DNA of 64,000 bases, taken from contig OZ024741.1 in assembly GCA_964016885.1 (NCBI GenBank), positions 84,692,001 to 84,756,000 of the forward strand, written 5' to 3'. Source of the DNA: Eledone cirrhosa (Eukaryota). Positions 39,099 through 52,141 of the stretch are shown here, one piece after another (position 1 is the stretch's first letter; every line of letters starts with the position of its first letter). The position numbers were made by a program, and so were the translations under genes. The notes below the pieces were generated by a model. That model did not search any database, was not told the origin of the DNA, and was given only the letters and a program-made list of their open reading frames with translations.

Positions 39099-42000
39099 TA
39101 TAGACATAGAATATTCGAAAATATTCTGTATGTTTATAATAAACATTTTGAAGACCTAATCGCTATAGAATAGAATACGTCACGTATTACAATTAGATTC
39201 TCGATAAAAGCAAGGGAAGTAAGTCTACGCGTTTCATTCTCGTTAGAAATCGTCAGGACTACATATCCAGTGCTTTCATCGAGAATGACACAGCTAGAGA
39301 CTTATAGAATACTTAGCTGTGTACAGGAACTGGTTTGAAAGAGCGGTTGCCGGTCCGGCAGAAATTAGAAATTGGAATAAATGCTCTGAAATAGCGATAT
39401 ATATGTGAATATAGACATAGAATATTCGAAAATATTCTGTATGTTTATAATAAACATTTTGAAGACCTAATCGCTATAGAATAGAATACGTCACGTATTA
39501 CAATTAGATTCTCGATAAAAGCAAGGGAAGTAAGTCTACGCGTTTCATTCTCGTTAGAAATCGTCAGGACTACATATCCAGTGCTTTCATCGAGAATGAC
39601 ACAGCTAGAGACTTATAGAATACTTAGCTGTGTACAGGAACTGGTTTGAAAGAGCGGTTGCCGGTCCGGCAGAAATTAGAAATTAGAAATTGGAATAAAT
39701 GCTCTGAAATAGCGATATATATGTGAATATAGACATAGAATATTCGAAAATATTCTGTATGTTTATAATAAACATTTTGAAGACCTAATCGCTATAGAAT
39801 AGAATACGTCACGTATTACAATTAGATTCTCGATAAAAGCAAGGGAAGTAAGTCTACGCGTTTCATTCTCGTTAGAAATCGTCAGGACTACATATCCAGT
39901 GCTTTCATCGAGAATGACACAGCTAGAGACTTATAGAATACTTAGCTGTGTACAGGAACTGGTTTGAAAGAGCGGTTGCCGGTCCGGCAGAAATTAGAAA
40001 TTGGAATAAATGCTCTGAAATAGCGATATATATGTGAATATAGACATAGAATATTCGAAAATATTCTGTATGTTTATAATAAACATTTTGAAGACCTAAT
40101 CGCTATAGAATAGAATACGTCACGTATTACAATTAGATTCTAACGAGAATGAAACGCGTAGACTTACTTCCCTTGCTTTTATCGAGAATCTAATTGTAAT
40201 ACGTGACGTATTCTATTCTATAGCGATTAGGTCTTCAAAATGTTTATTATAAACATACAGAATATTTTCGAATATTCTATGTCTATATTCACATATATAT
40301 CGCTATTTCAGAGCATTTATTCCAATTTCTAATTTCTGCCGGACCGGCAACCGCTCTTTCAAACCAGTTCCTGTACACAGCTAAGTATTCTATAAGTCTC
40401 TAGCTGTGTCATTCTCGATGAAAGCACTGGATATGTAGTCCTGACGATTTCTAACGAGAATGAAACGCGTAGACTTACTTCCCTTGCTTTTATCGAGAAT
40501 CTAATTGTAATACGTGACGTATTCTATTCTATAGCGATTAGGTCTTCAAAATGTTTATTATAAACATACAGAATATTTTCGAATATTCTATGTCTATATT
40601 CACATATATATCGCTATTTCAGAGCATTTATTCCAATTTCTAATTTCTAATTTCTGCCGGACCGGCAACCGCTCTTTCAAACCAGTTCCTGTACACAGCT
40701 AAGTATTCTATAAGTCTCTAGCTGTGTCATTCTCGATGAAAGCACTGGATATGTAGTCCTGACGATTTCTAACGAGAATGAAACGCGTAGACTTACTTCC
40801 CTTGCTTTTATCGAGAATCTAATTGTAATACGTGACGTATTCTATTCTATAGCGATTAGGTCTTCAAAATGTTTATTATAAACATACAGAATATTTTCGA
40901 ATATTCTATGTCTATATTCACATATATATCGCTATTTCAGAGCATTTATTCCAATTTCTAATTTCTGCCGGACCGGCAACCGCTCTTTCAAACCAGTTCC
41001 TGTACACAGCTAAGTATTCTATAAGTCTCTAGCTGTGTCATTCTCGATGAAAGCACTGGATATGTAGTCCTGACGATTTCTAACGAGAATGAAACGCGTA
41101 GACTTACTTCCCTTGCTTTTATCGAGAATCTAATTGTAATACGTGACGTATTCTATTCTATAGCGATTAGGTCTTCAAAATGTTTATTATAAACATACAG
41201 AATATTTTCGAATATTCTATGTCTATATTCACATATATATCGCTATTTCAGAGCATTTATTCCAATTTCTAATTTCTGCCGGACCGGCAACCGCTCTTTC
41301 AAACCAGTTCCTGTACACAGCTAAGTATTCTATAAGTCTCTAGCTGTGTCATTCTCGATGAAAGCACTGGATATGTAGTCCTGACGATTTCTAACGAGAA
41401 TGAAACGCGTAGACTTACTTCCCTTGCTTTTATCGAGAATCTAATTGTAATACGTGACGTATTCTATTCTATAGCGATTAGGTCTTCAAAATGTTTATTA
41501 TAAACATACAGAATATTTTCGAATATTCTATGTCTATATTCACATATATATCGCTATTTCAGAGCATTTATTCCAATTTCTAATTTCTGCCGGACCGGCA
41601 ACCGCTCTTTCAAACCAGTTCCTGTACACAGCTAAGTATTCTATAAGTCTCTAGCTGTGTCATTCTCGATGAAAGCACTGGATATGTAGTCCTGACGATT
41701 TCTAACGAGAATGAAACGCGTAGACTTACTTCCCTTGCTTTTATCGAGAATCTAATTGTAATACGTGACGTATTCTATTCTATAGCGATTAGGTCTTCAA
41801 AATGTTTATTATAAACATACAGAATATTTTCGAATATTCTATGTCTATATTCACATATATATCGCTATTTCAGAGCATTTATTCCAATTTCTAATTTCTG
41901 CCGGACCGGCAACCGCTCTTTCAAACCAGTTCCTGTACACAGCTAAGTATTCTATAAGTCTCTAGCTGTGTCATTCTCGATGAAAGCACTGGATATGTAG

Positions 42001-42508
42001 TCCTGACGATTTCTAACGAGAATGAAACGCGTAGACTTACTTCCCTTGCTTTTATCGAGAATCTAATTGTAATACGTGACGTATTCTATTCTATAGCGAT
42101 TAGGTCTTCAAAATGTTTATTATAAACATACAGAATATTTTCGAATATTCTATGTCTATATTCACATATATATCGCTATTTCAGAGCATTTATTCCAATT
42201 TCTAATTTCTGCCGGACCGGCAACCGCTCTTTCAAACCAGTTCCTGTACACAGCTAAGTATTCTATAAGTCTCTAGCTGTGTCATTCTCGATGAAAGCAC
42301 TGGATATGTAGTCCTGACGATTTCTAACGAGAATGAAACGCGTAGACTTACTTCCCTTGCTTTTATCGAGAATCTAATTGTAATACGTGACGTATTCTAT
42401 TCTATAGCGATTAGGTCTTCAAAATGTTTATTATAAACATACAGAATATTTTCGAATATTCTATGTCTATATTCACATATATATCGCTATTTCAGAGCAT
42501 TTATTCCA

Positions 42509-42510
<2 letters not shown>
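39096..42510. repeat. Tandem array of a 311-bp hammerhead-containing unit (retrozyme-like) with an internal inversion at ~40140, embedded in (TA)n
   Basis: Left-arm unit starts at 39096, 39407, 39725, 40036; right-arm CTGACGA cores at 40441, 40759, 41070, 41381, 41692, 42003, 42314; minus-strand cores at ~39250, 39561, 39879. Confidence 0.95.
40437..40475 (+). ncRNA. Minimal type I hammerhead ribozyme motif (representative of 10 apparently identical copies)
   Basis: AGTC-CTGACGA-tTTCT aacg AGAAt-GAAA-cgcg-TA-GACT; intact core, palindromic stem III (ACGCGT), predicted cleavage after GUA. Confidence 0.88.
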
Positions 42511-42551
<41 letters not shown>

Positions 42552-42950
42552 TATACACGCATACATAAGTACATACGTAGATACTTGTATGCATGCCTAC
42601 GTATATACATATAAATATGTGCGTGTGTGAGAGAGGGAGTACATTTTACCATTACAAACCAGAAAAAGTGTACTCAATACGTATCTAGAGCACATATTTA
42701 ATTTCATTAGTTGAAAATACTAAGAGGATTATACATAGCTTACATTTCCCTCCACAGTGGTTTGTTTAATATATTAATGGGTGTTTTGCTACTCTAGTCT
42801 ATAGTGTTGAGAATCTCCCGTAATATTTGCAGCTAATCAGGGAGATTAAATATTTACATTTTTACATATTAACATATGCTTTCCCCATTTTTAAAAACAA
42901 ATTTATTTATATATATGTAACTCACACATACAAACAGACGTGCACAGACA

Positions 42951-43028
<78 letters not shown>

Positions 43029-43166
43029 TTTTTATTAAAATTACAGATTAAAGTTTAAGCAAAGAATCGTTGCTTTCACCCTTAACGGGATCTTCAAATT
43101 TATTATTATATATATATATATATATACATATGTGAGAAAAACCACAGACCCTCCATCTCAACTCTA

Positions 43167-43202
43167 CTTTTGAAAAGCAGAAGAACTGCGAAACCGGTAA
43201 AG
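43167..43202 (+). ncRNA. Degenerate hammerhead motif between (TA)n tracts
   Basis: CTT-TTGAAAA (decayed CTGAAGA)-GCAG aagaa CTGC-GAAA-ccgg-TA-AAG. Confidence 0.5.
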
Positions 43203-43344
43203 GAACCAAATAAATATATATATTTAAAAAAAAAATAAGACTCCAGTTTCATTTTCGATTTCATCTTTTTTTCTTTATACTTTCACTCGTGTAGGACAAC
43301 TCGTTATTTTTCATTTTGTAAAAAAACCTCACTTTCTAATATGT

Positions 43345-43481
<137 letters not shown>

Positions 43482-43568
43482 CGTGTGCGTGCATGTGTCT
43501 TTGTATGTGTGTATGTATATATATATACATATAAATAAATATATATATATATATTTACAAATATATAT

Positions 43569-44300
43569 GGAAAAAATGAAATTCTCACTCTTAGTACGGC
43601 TGATACTTAAATATAAGTATGTATACGTACATACATATATGTATACAGACGTAGAGTAGTATGTATATACATACATGCACACATATATATATATGTACGT
43701 ATGGGTTTACCGAACATTTATTATAATGCTCGGTTTGTTTTTAAACAAACATCCCGAATTATAGTCGTACAGTGTTATGTATATACATGTGCATGTATGT
43801 ATATATATACATACTACTGTACGTCTGTATACATATATATGTATGTACTTATACATACTTATATTTAAGTATCAGCCGTACTAAGAGTGAGAAATGAAAT
43901 TTCATTTTTTCCATTTATCGTTTTCAGTAAGCCCGGGCGACTACCTTACTCGATATGCAAATTAGGCTGCTCAGCCGTTAATATGCATAAGGAAAGTATA
44001 TACTTTCAAACCTTCAATCAACTGACAAGAAGGTATACGGTGGTGACGACAGCTAATAAGCTAGAAACTAGTTCATCGTTCCTTTGTCAGTGTTGAACAA
44101 ATAGGGCAGCGATGGTTGCCGAACACTGTACGGCTAATAATTCGGGCTGTTTTGGTTTACAAACAAACCGAGCATTATAATAAATGTTCGGTAAATCCAT
44201 ACGTACATATATATATGTGTGTGCATGTATGTATGTATATACATACTACTGTACGTCTGTATATATATATATATGTATGTACGTATACATACTTATATTC
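43569..44300. mobile_element. ~432-bp unit with a degenerate hammerhead, partial tandem repeat plus an inverted partial copy
   Basis: gcatgtatgt..catactactgtacgtctg at 43791 and 44223; 43569-43776 is an inverted copy; HHR-like CGGTG-GTGACGA-cAGCT aata AGCTa-GAAA-ctag-TT-CATCG at 44038-44078. Confidence 0.7.
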
Positions 44301-44324
44301 AAATATATATATATGTATATGTGT

Positions 44325-44409
<85 letters not shown>

Positions 44410-44449
44410 TATATGTGTGTGTGTATGCGTGTGTAGCGTAGCGTCTTGA

Positions 44450-45400
44450 TATTATTGCGGATTTTTACTGATTTATAAGCATAGCTCTGTGTACTTCGGG
44501 TACATCCAGAATTGTTTGGGGGATTTTATTTTATTGTATTGAGAGTATTCCTTGTAATATATTTCCAATGCCTAGTTGTGCTATTTTCTGTATGCTATGT
44601 ATATTCGTAAGTCATGTGGATTTAGTTATGTATCAACTTTTTTTAATATTCATAGACCATCTATTATTATAGGACATTTGTCTGTCTTAATCATCTACAT
44701 TCCGTTTATTTCTATTTCCAGATCTTAACATGTGGATAATTTCTTTATTTCTTTAATAGCCATATTGTCGTATGTGGGAATATATAAATCAATTAGTGAA
44801 CATATTTTGTAATCTTTGACTGTATTACACAGTCGATTGGTTTTGATCTCCCTGTCTGTGTGTATGCCACATCCCAGACTATGATTACTTTGTCATGCTC
44901 TTGCAACTTTTGTGGTGTATGTTTGTACCCCTTTTATCTGTTGGTATTCTGCCGTGTAGGCTCACCATACAGATACACTATGGAGAGGTTGAAACACACA
45001 GCACCACAAAACCAAGCTAGTTGTTAAAATATAATATTGATCGCCCTTCGCTACGTCTGGAATATTAGACGTCAGCTTTTCGAGACAAACATTGAAACCG
45101 ATCATTAGCACTGCCTGCAACATGAATGCAAATGTTATTTGCATGATGGTATTTGGTCGTCTATGATGTCGCTTTCTGCGTTGCTTCAATCCTAACGCCA
45201 TCTTTTGTATCCGGACCAAGTCCATTGTGAGAACGTGGAGTAACCATCCGATACCCTGGCATATTATTTCATACTTTTACAACCAATTATGCAGTGTAGG
45301 TCCTCAATTGTTCTTAGAGTGATTTCTTGATACCAAAAGAGCATATGTCTTAAGGTGTTTAAAGATACTGATGTTCCCTCATCTATAGTATTTTATCAGT
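44450..45400 (-). mobile_element. Second R4/Dong-like 3' fragment (RLE region), highly decayed
   Basis: Minus strand YKHTPQKLQEHDKVIIVWD..TDREIKTNR near 44830-44930. Confidence 0.6.
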
Positions 45401-47844
45401 TTTGTTAGAATATATATCTGCCTGACTGAAGGCACGTAAATTGTGCGTAGGGAGCACTCAATATAGGACGTTAACGAAGTATGAAAGGCGTGCCACCTAC
45501 ATATTAGTGTGTGTTTGTGTATGCATGTGTGTTTTTTATGGTTGTACGTGTGTGTGTATATACATGTCTGTGTATTTGTATGTGTTTGTGCGTGTATGTT
45601 TGTATGTGTGTAGGTATGCGCGCGTTTATCTGTGTAATATCATGTGGGTCATTTATGTACTAAAGAAAGAGTGTGAAAGATACAAATGAAGTGTGAAGAG
45701 AATCGGAGTTGATAAAATGAAGTTGCAGTGACATGGTATAGTATAAACGGGACTTAAATCACAGAGATCGTACAGCTTGAGCTCACAATAGGACAAAACG
45801 TTGCGGAAGTCGTTTCTTATATCATGGGCAACGGGTATTCTTTCGTCGTTGAGTTTCTCAAATTTAGAAGGCAGCTTGTAAGGTCTTTAGTGGATGCGGT
45901 TCTTTTGAAATCATACTGGGGTTCACTGAATCGGAGAGACGACTCAATGAGGTAATGTAATTTGTCAGTGATATTTGAGTATGTCACAAGTAATTTCGTC
46001 CGTAAATTATTTCTATTCTAGGAGACAGAAATATAAAGACTTTTAAAACTTTTATATTGAGTGAAACTGCATATTCTCTTTTACAAGGACGTTTCCCTAA
46101 TTTTCTGTGATAGGAAAAACTAGCAACATTCAGAAGATAAAATAAGAAAACTGTAGAATCTTCAAATGCGTCTTAGATTCTTGATATCTTCTTTATAAAA
46201 TTACTGTACAACAATATAATCTCTACGCTCAAATTCGTGGAACAAATCGAATTATGTACCAAAAACTAATCATTTGATGTTGCAGTGAAAGCCTTTAAGA
46301 TGAAGTTAGATGTTTTCTGAGGTCAGCTACTGAATGTGAATTACATACCCCATATTTCTCACAGCCTATTCCTCAGAGAAAACACACTGAAATAGACGAA
46401 GAAGAATGTAGATAGCAAATTGATCTTTTGATTGAAGAATTTGACAGATTTACTTGGACTATAAATGCCAAAACGTTTACAGTTGGAGTTTATTCAATTC
46501 CAAGGCTCGGCAGTGAATCAAAATAATTTCCCTCTGAACGAAAACATGTGAGATATCGCCAAACTTTTGGAGATGTAAACTAGTATTACCGTTTCAAATG
46601 TAACATATCTGAGAACATACTCGAAATAAAATAAATGATTGACATTCTGTAGGAGTCATTTTGGTCATGCGAAGTTACATATAAATACAATTAAATTCAA
46701 TTTACATTCATCACTTTGACAACTACGAATACAGTATAAATTTAAGGGGATTTTTTTTTTTTCGAGTGGCTAAAATAATTCTTCCATCATGTGGTTGCTT
46801 TTGTTTCAACCGATGGTCACAGATCAAATCACTTGTTGGGCACATACTACTAGGCAATACATTTTCAAACTACTAACTGAAAATTTTGAGATGAAGAACA
46901 TTGCAATACATACATTTGTGTTTCAGCTGGTTTCCCTGCAATCAGACCCCAGAGAAATTGTATAATATTATTAGAAACAAATCATCTTATGGTCAGTAAG
47001 TCATTAAAAATCTCGAATGCATAGAAAGAAAAACGAAACAAAAAACAAAAACTTTATGTCTCCGACGCACTTCAAAATTGATTTGACAAGCTACTTACCT
47101 AAAAGAGAGATAATTTTTCGTGCATTTGTAAAGTGTTTTTAAAATAATTGATTCTTTAAACAGAATAATATTTATATTCTCGTTTATATGAATATTCATA
47201 TTTTAGTTTATTCATAAATCATTCATTTGTTTCTTGCGTTCGATCAAAAAGAAACGGAAAAATATTTATTTGAAATATTAGAGCAGGGCGGAATGACTGA
47301 TCGGGTTTAGGAGATCAAGAAAGTATTCTCTCCACCTCGCGAGGATACATCGTCCTAAACAGAAGAGAACTCCAGGCGCATTTCTGATAGTAGGCGTAGA
47401 GGAGGCTTCATATTACGAAGACGGCGGATGTTCGGCCAAAATATGAATAAATATGAATAAATTAAGGCAATAGAAAATTAATCCTCCCTCCCCCCGTTTT
47501 CTTCTTTTCTCTTCTGTTGTGACAGTCACAACAAAGCCATTAGCAGAGAAGGATAGACAGACAAAATGACTTTCTTCTTTGAAGGATCACGTATGTGAAA
47601 ATGAACTTTTCTTCCCCTCTCTATATTTTTGTTATTATCATTATTTTCACTATTTGTACAAATATGCAACTTAACAATATTCTGCATATCCGCAATTGAC
47701 AATGCATTTAATGCTGAAACCGCTATTGTAAATAAATTAATGCTTTGAAATTTCACTAAAAATATCTCTTCAACATTTTCTACAGAAAAAATCTTTTTCC
47801 TTTCTACTTTTATATATATCAAGTCGTGTGTTACTTTTCTACAT

Positions 47845-47924
<80 letters not shown>

Positions 47925-47927
<3 letters not shown>

Positions 47928-48658
47928 GGAAGCAGAAAATTGCTTATTGTGATCCAGTTCGTTGTTAAGAAAGCCAGTTTGATGGATGGTTTCAACGTAC
48001 GGTTAGGCGTAACTCCACAAGTTTGTAAGAATTCCGTTCAATCTTGGAGTATAAATTATAGAAGAGAAAACACAGGTAAGCATTAAGAGAAAGATTTTAT
48101 CCAGGTATTTACGACCGTTTCATTGGTAAGTGCAACCTTATATTGCTATACTGCAAATAGCAGCTACTCAATTATAATTGTTGTTCACGTCCAAATTTTC
48201 AAAATAGTGAGTAAGTTACTCTTGAAATAGTTCTTAATATATAGAGAAAAATATTTTTTTGGAATTGAGTTTTAGTTTTAAGTTTTTACCGGTTGCGCAT
48301 TTCTGATGCTTTTCAAAAATAATTTTGAGATAGAGTGCTCGTGATTTTTGCTCTAATCTGATCAGTTTTGGAAATTCTTCCTGTTTTATGTGAAAATAGT
48401 GGTTTGGGAGGTATTAAGATTTGGTTGGTTGTTGAATGTCACGTGAATAAGCACTATAAATTTCGCGCCAATTCGTGTGCAAGAATTCTTGTAGTCAAAC
48501 AATTTTCATTGGTCGATAGAAGTCACGTGAATGTTTAAATTGATTTTAGCGCGATCTGGTTCCGCGCCAAATGTAGGTTTGTCGAAGAGTGTCCTTTTCC
48601 GCTTGATTGAGTTGCAGTCATGTTCAGAGGTCAACAGTTCAGGTGTCTATTAAGACAA

Positions 48659-48692
<34 letters not shown>

Positions 48693-50360
48693 CAAAGTGG
48701 TTCATTTTTGTGATAATGGAAATAAATCGGTGAGTAGGAATGTGTGTGTGTGTGTGGGGGGGGGGGGGTTATTTTAACATGTTGAAACATATTTTCCAGC
48801 TGTCTTATACGGAGAAGTGTGTGTGAGTGTGTGTATGTCTGCTTGTGTGTTAATGTTCACGTGTGGTATGCGTGCGTGTATGTGGGAGTGTGTGTGTGTG
48901 TGTGGATGGAGCAGTATTTTTGTGGTACTGGCAAAAATGGCGTACATTATTCGATAGTTTCAGTCATTTGCACAAACGATTCTCTCAAAAGAACATCAAT
49001 AACATCAATAATAAAAGATGTGAAATGATGTATAGTATTGTCATAACAACAAGGCGTGTGTGAGTCCAGATTGTACGTACTGCAAGGGGAATCCATTAGG
49101 CCCTGCCGTATGGGATACTTGTATACAAATATGTATGCACCCATCAATGTGCAATACATGTGTGCGTATGTGTATGTATGCGTGTCGGCACGTGTATATC
49201 TATAAACATCAAAAGGTATGCGAATTTGTGTATATTTGTGTTACACCATAGAACATGTGTGTTTGCACATGTCATTGTGTTTATATGTAGATAGAAATGT
49301 ATGTAGGATGTATGCTGATGTAGGTATGTATGTCAACGTGTGTATGTTGTGGGTTCTCCTTAGGAAGAAGTGTTTAGACGGGGTCCGTATTTGTTAATAA
49401 AGTGAGATTCCTTGCTGATGCGCTGGGTGTGGGTGGCATTATCTTTAAATTTTGAGAGGGGAAAGATTCTAAAGTTTGGAGGATTTGAGGCGGCACAGAT
49501 ATCAATGTGTTCACTCAGTGCTATTTTTCTGTATTCCCGTATGATTTGGGATCCCGTTTTGGGTTCCCGTTTATTTTGGGATCTATGGCCAGTCATGCAT
49601 TGGCGGATGCTGTTCTAGTCTGGCCTATGTATTGTTCTTGACAACCTGAGCAAGTTAATACATATATTAGGTTTTCTGATGCGCATGTGAAATTGTGTTT
49701 TACTATAAAACGTTGTCCTTGTTTGAAATAGAATTCTAAACCCTCTATTAGGTTGATCCATATACCACAGTTGAGTCTATCGCATTTTTTTTACTGTGGA
49801 CTTCGTTGTTGTGGTTGGCATGTGTTAGGCTGTTTTTCATTTACTTAGATTGTCTTTTGCTCTTTATGATATCGTGTGTTCAAAGAATTTGGTTCATTCT
49901 ATTGTCCTTTTTTAATACAGGGATGTTTTGGAGGATGGTGTCAAAGGCCTCATTGTTGAGGGGGTTGTGTGTGGAGATGTATGGAAGAGCTAGTTTCGGT
50001 TGATTAACTTTAGGATGTCTAAGGTCCTGGGTACTGAGTATTAGATCAGGTTGGATTCCATTGTCAATTAGTGATGGAGGGTAGTCCCTGCTTACGAGTG
50101 TGTCCTTTTGTTCTTGTAGACGTAAGTAACAAGTGTTTTTATTGGAAACTATAGTACAGATTATCTTGGCTAAGTATTAGGGAATATTAATTTTAACGTG
50201 TCTAGGATGGCATGTATTAAAAGGAAGATATTGCTTGGAGTCTGTGGGCTTGTAGTATATGTCCGTTTCTATGTTTTTGTTATGAATCTTAATGAGGATG
50301 TCGAGGAAGGGGAGTTGTTGATGGCTGTATTCCATTGTAAAATTAATATTCTTACTCAAT
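47925..50360 (-). mobile_element. 5'-truncated Neptune-like Penelope element (RT C-terminus, zinc finger, GIY-YIG) with microsatellite-rich 3' region
   Basis: 50177-50359 INFTMEYS..LPFLDILI..TDIYYKPTDSKQYL..CHP; ~49790-49620 KCDRLNCGI..FTCASENLIYVLTCSGCQEQYIGQT; 49360-49596 RISKESHFINKYGPRLN. The 3' boundary is approximate. Confidence 0.8.
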
Positions 50361-50545
50361 ACTAACTAATACTTATTACTAATTTATACTTATTCCTATT
50401 TAAACTATTTTTCACTGGGTAAAATTTGTCAGCATTTTCTTTTCCTTTTTACTAATATATCACAACTCGTGTGTCTCACTATTTTAAAAATATATATATA
50501 TGTATACTTGTATCAGTGTTTATCCCTATTATATATTCATTTGTT

Positions 50546-50607
<62 letters not shown>

Positions 50608-50757
50608 TGTATACATGTTTAATTATATGCTTATGTATATATATATATATACATAAACATATATATTTACATGTATAGATATATATATATATATAAATAT
50701 ATATATTATATAGATATATGTATACACACACATATATGTGTGTTTTGTGTATCCTTC

Positions 50758-50804
<47 letters not shown>

Positions 50805-51381
50805 ATCTCTCCCTCTTTCTCTTTCTCTGATGGAAGGTTTAATATAAATATGAATATTTTGAAACTAGTATTTTCTTATCATAAAACCAAGGCCAAATTT
50901 GGGTGGTTTGGTAGATTCAGAAGTTTTAAGTCAGACCTAGCTGTACTAATATGTGTATTTACATAGTAGCTCTAGACTTAATAAATTTGTCAGCTGCTGC
51001 GACAGATGATAGCAGTGGTAGATTCGTGCATCATAACCTAAAATATGAAAAGACGAAAACGCCATTACGAATAACAGCAGTAAATCGTGATTTTAATATG
51101 CACTAAAAGAAGAGAAGAAAGAATGTTCATATATTTTCTTTTACCTCGTATACATATATTCGTATACATATATACTGTATACATATATTCGTATTGTACA
51201 GTAATTTTTATTATATTTCCGTCTAAAGTTCTACTCGTATATCTTAGACATCTATCTGCAAAATGTTATATATATTACACCCACAGACATATCTTCGTTT
51301 CATTCAAATGAGAATACGCACCCTCCCACACACACGCGCGCGCCCGCATGTACAGATTATATTTACATCTATACACTATAT

Positions 51382-51913
51382 ATGCCAACATAAGAGCAAG
51401 AATGAAGGGTTCATTCTACTGATATGGCTATAAAATCGAATGTTATTATTAATATTCGAAAAACTCAAATTACATTTATTGTATTGAGGCATGTAGAGCG
51501 AAATTTTCTATTTTATTTGAATTTGGCAAAGCCGGCCATTTATCGCTCGTATACAGGAAACTGACTGACCAGTCTACTGATATGCAAATCTGGTGATCAG
51601 TGGATCTGCTAATATGCAGATCTGACTGATCAGCCAGTCTGCTAATATGCAAATCAGGCCGATCACTCACTGTGTATTTTTGAAAATAACATATATTTTC
51701 ACTAGCTCTGACAGTTTGGCAGGTGAACAGTGAGCTGTACTGATGAAGGGTAATACCCAGAAACATTAGTTTCTGCAGTTCTGTTCGCATGCCAACATAA
51801 GAGCAAGAATGAGGTGTTCATTCTACTGACATGGCTATAAAATTGAGGCTTGTTTGCATAATTGCAAACGAATCGAATGTTATTATTAATATTCGAAAAA
51901 CTCAGATTACATT

Positions 51914-51915
<2 letters not shown>
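51382..51915 (+). mobile_element. ~407-bp hammerhead-bearing unit, 1.3 tandem copies, ending in (TA)n
   Basis: tgccaacataagagcaagaatg at 51383 and 51790; HHR GAACAG.GAGCTGTA-CTGATGA-aGGGT aat ACCCa-GAAA-cattagtt-TC-TGCAGTT.CTGTTC at 51725-51786; internal ~30-bp repeats with ATGCAAAT. Confidence 0.75.
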
Positions 51916-51961
<46 letters not shown>

Positions 51962-52047
51962 ATACGTATATACATATATATGTATATATATATATATACA
52001 GATACACATATATATATATGTATATATATATACATATATATATACAT

Positions 52048-52139
<92 letters not shown>

Positions 52140-52141
<2 letters not shown>

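Noticed and set aside
39096-42510. CRISPR array or centromeric satellite
   Set aside because: No repeat-spacer alternation and no cas genes; the array is short, inverted and ribozyme-bearing
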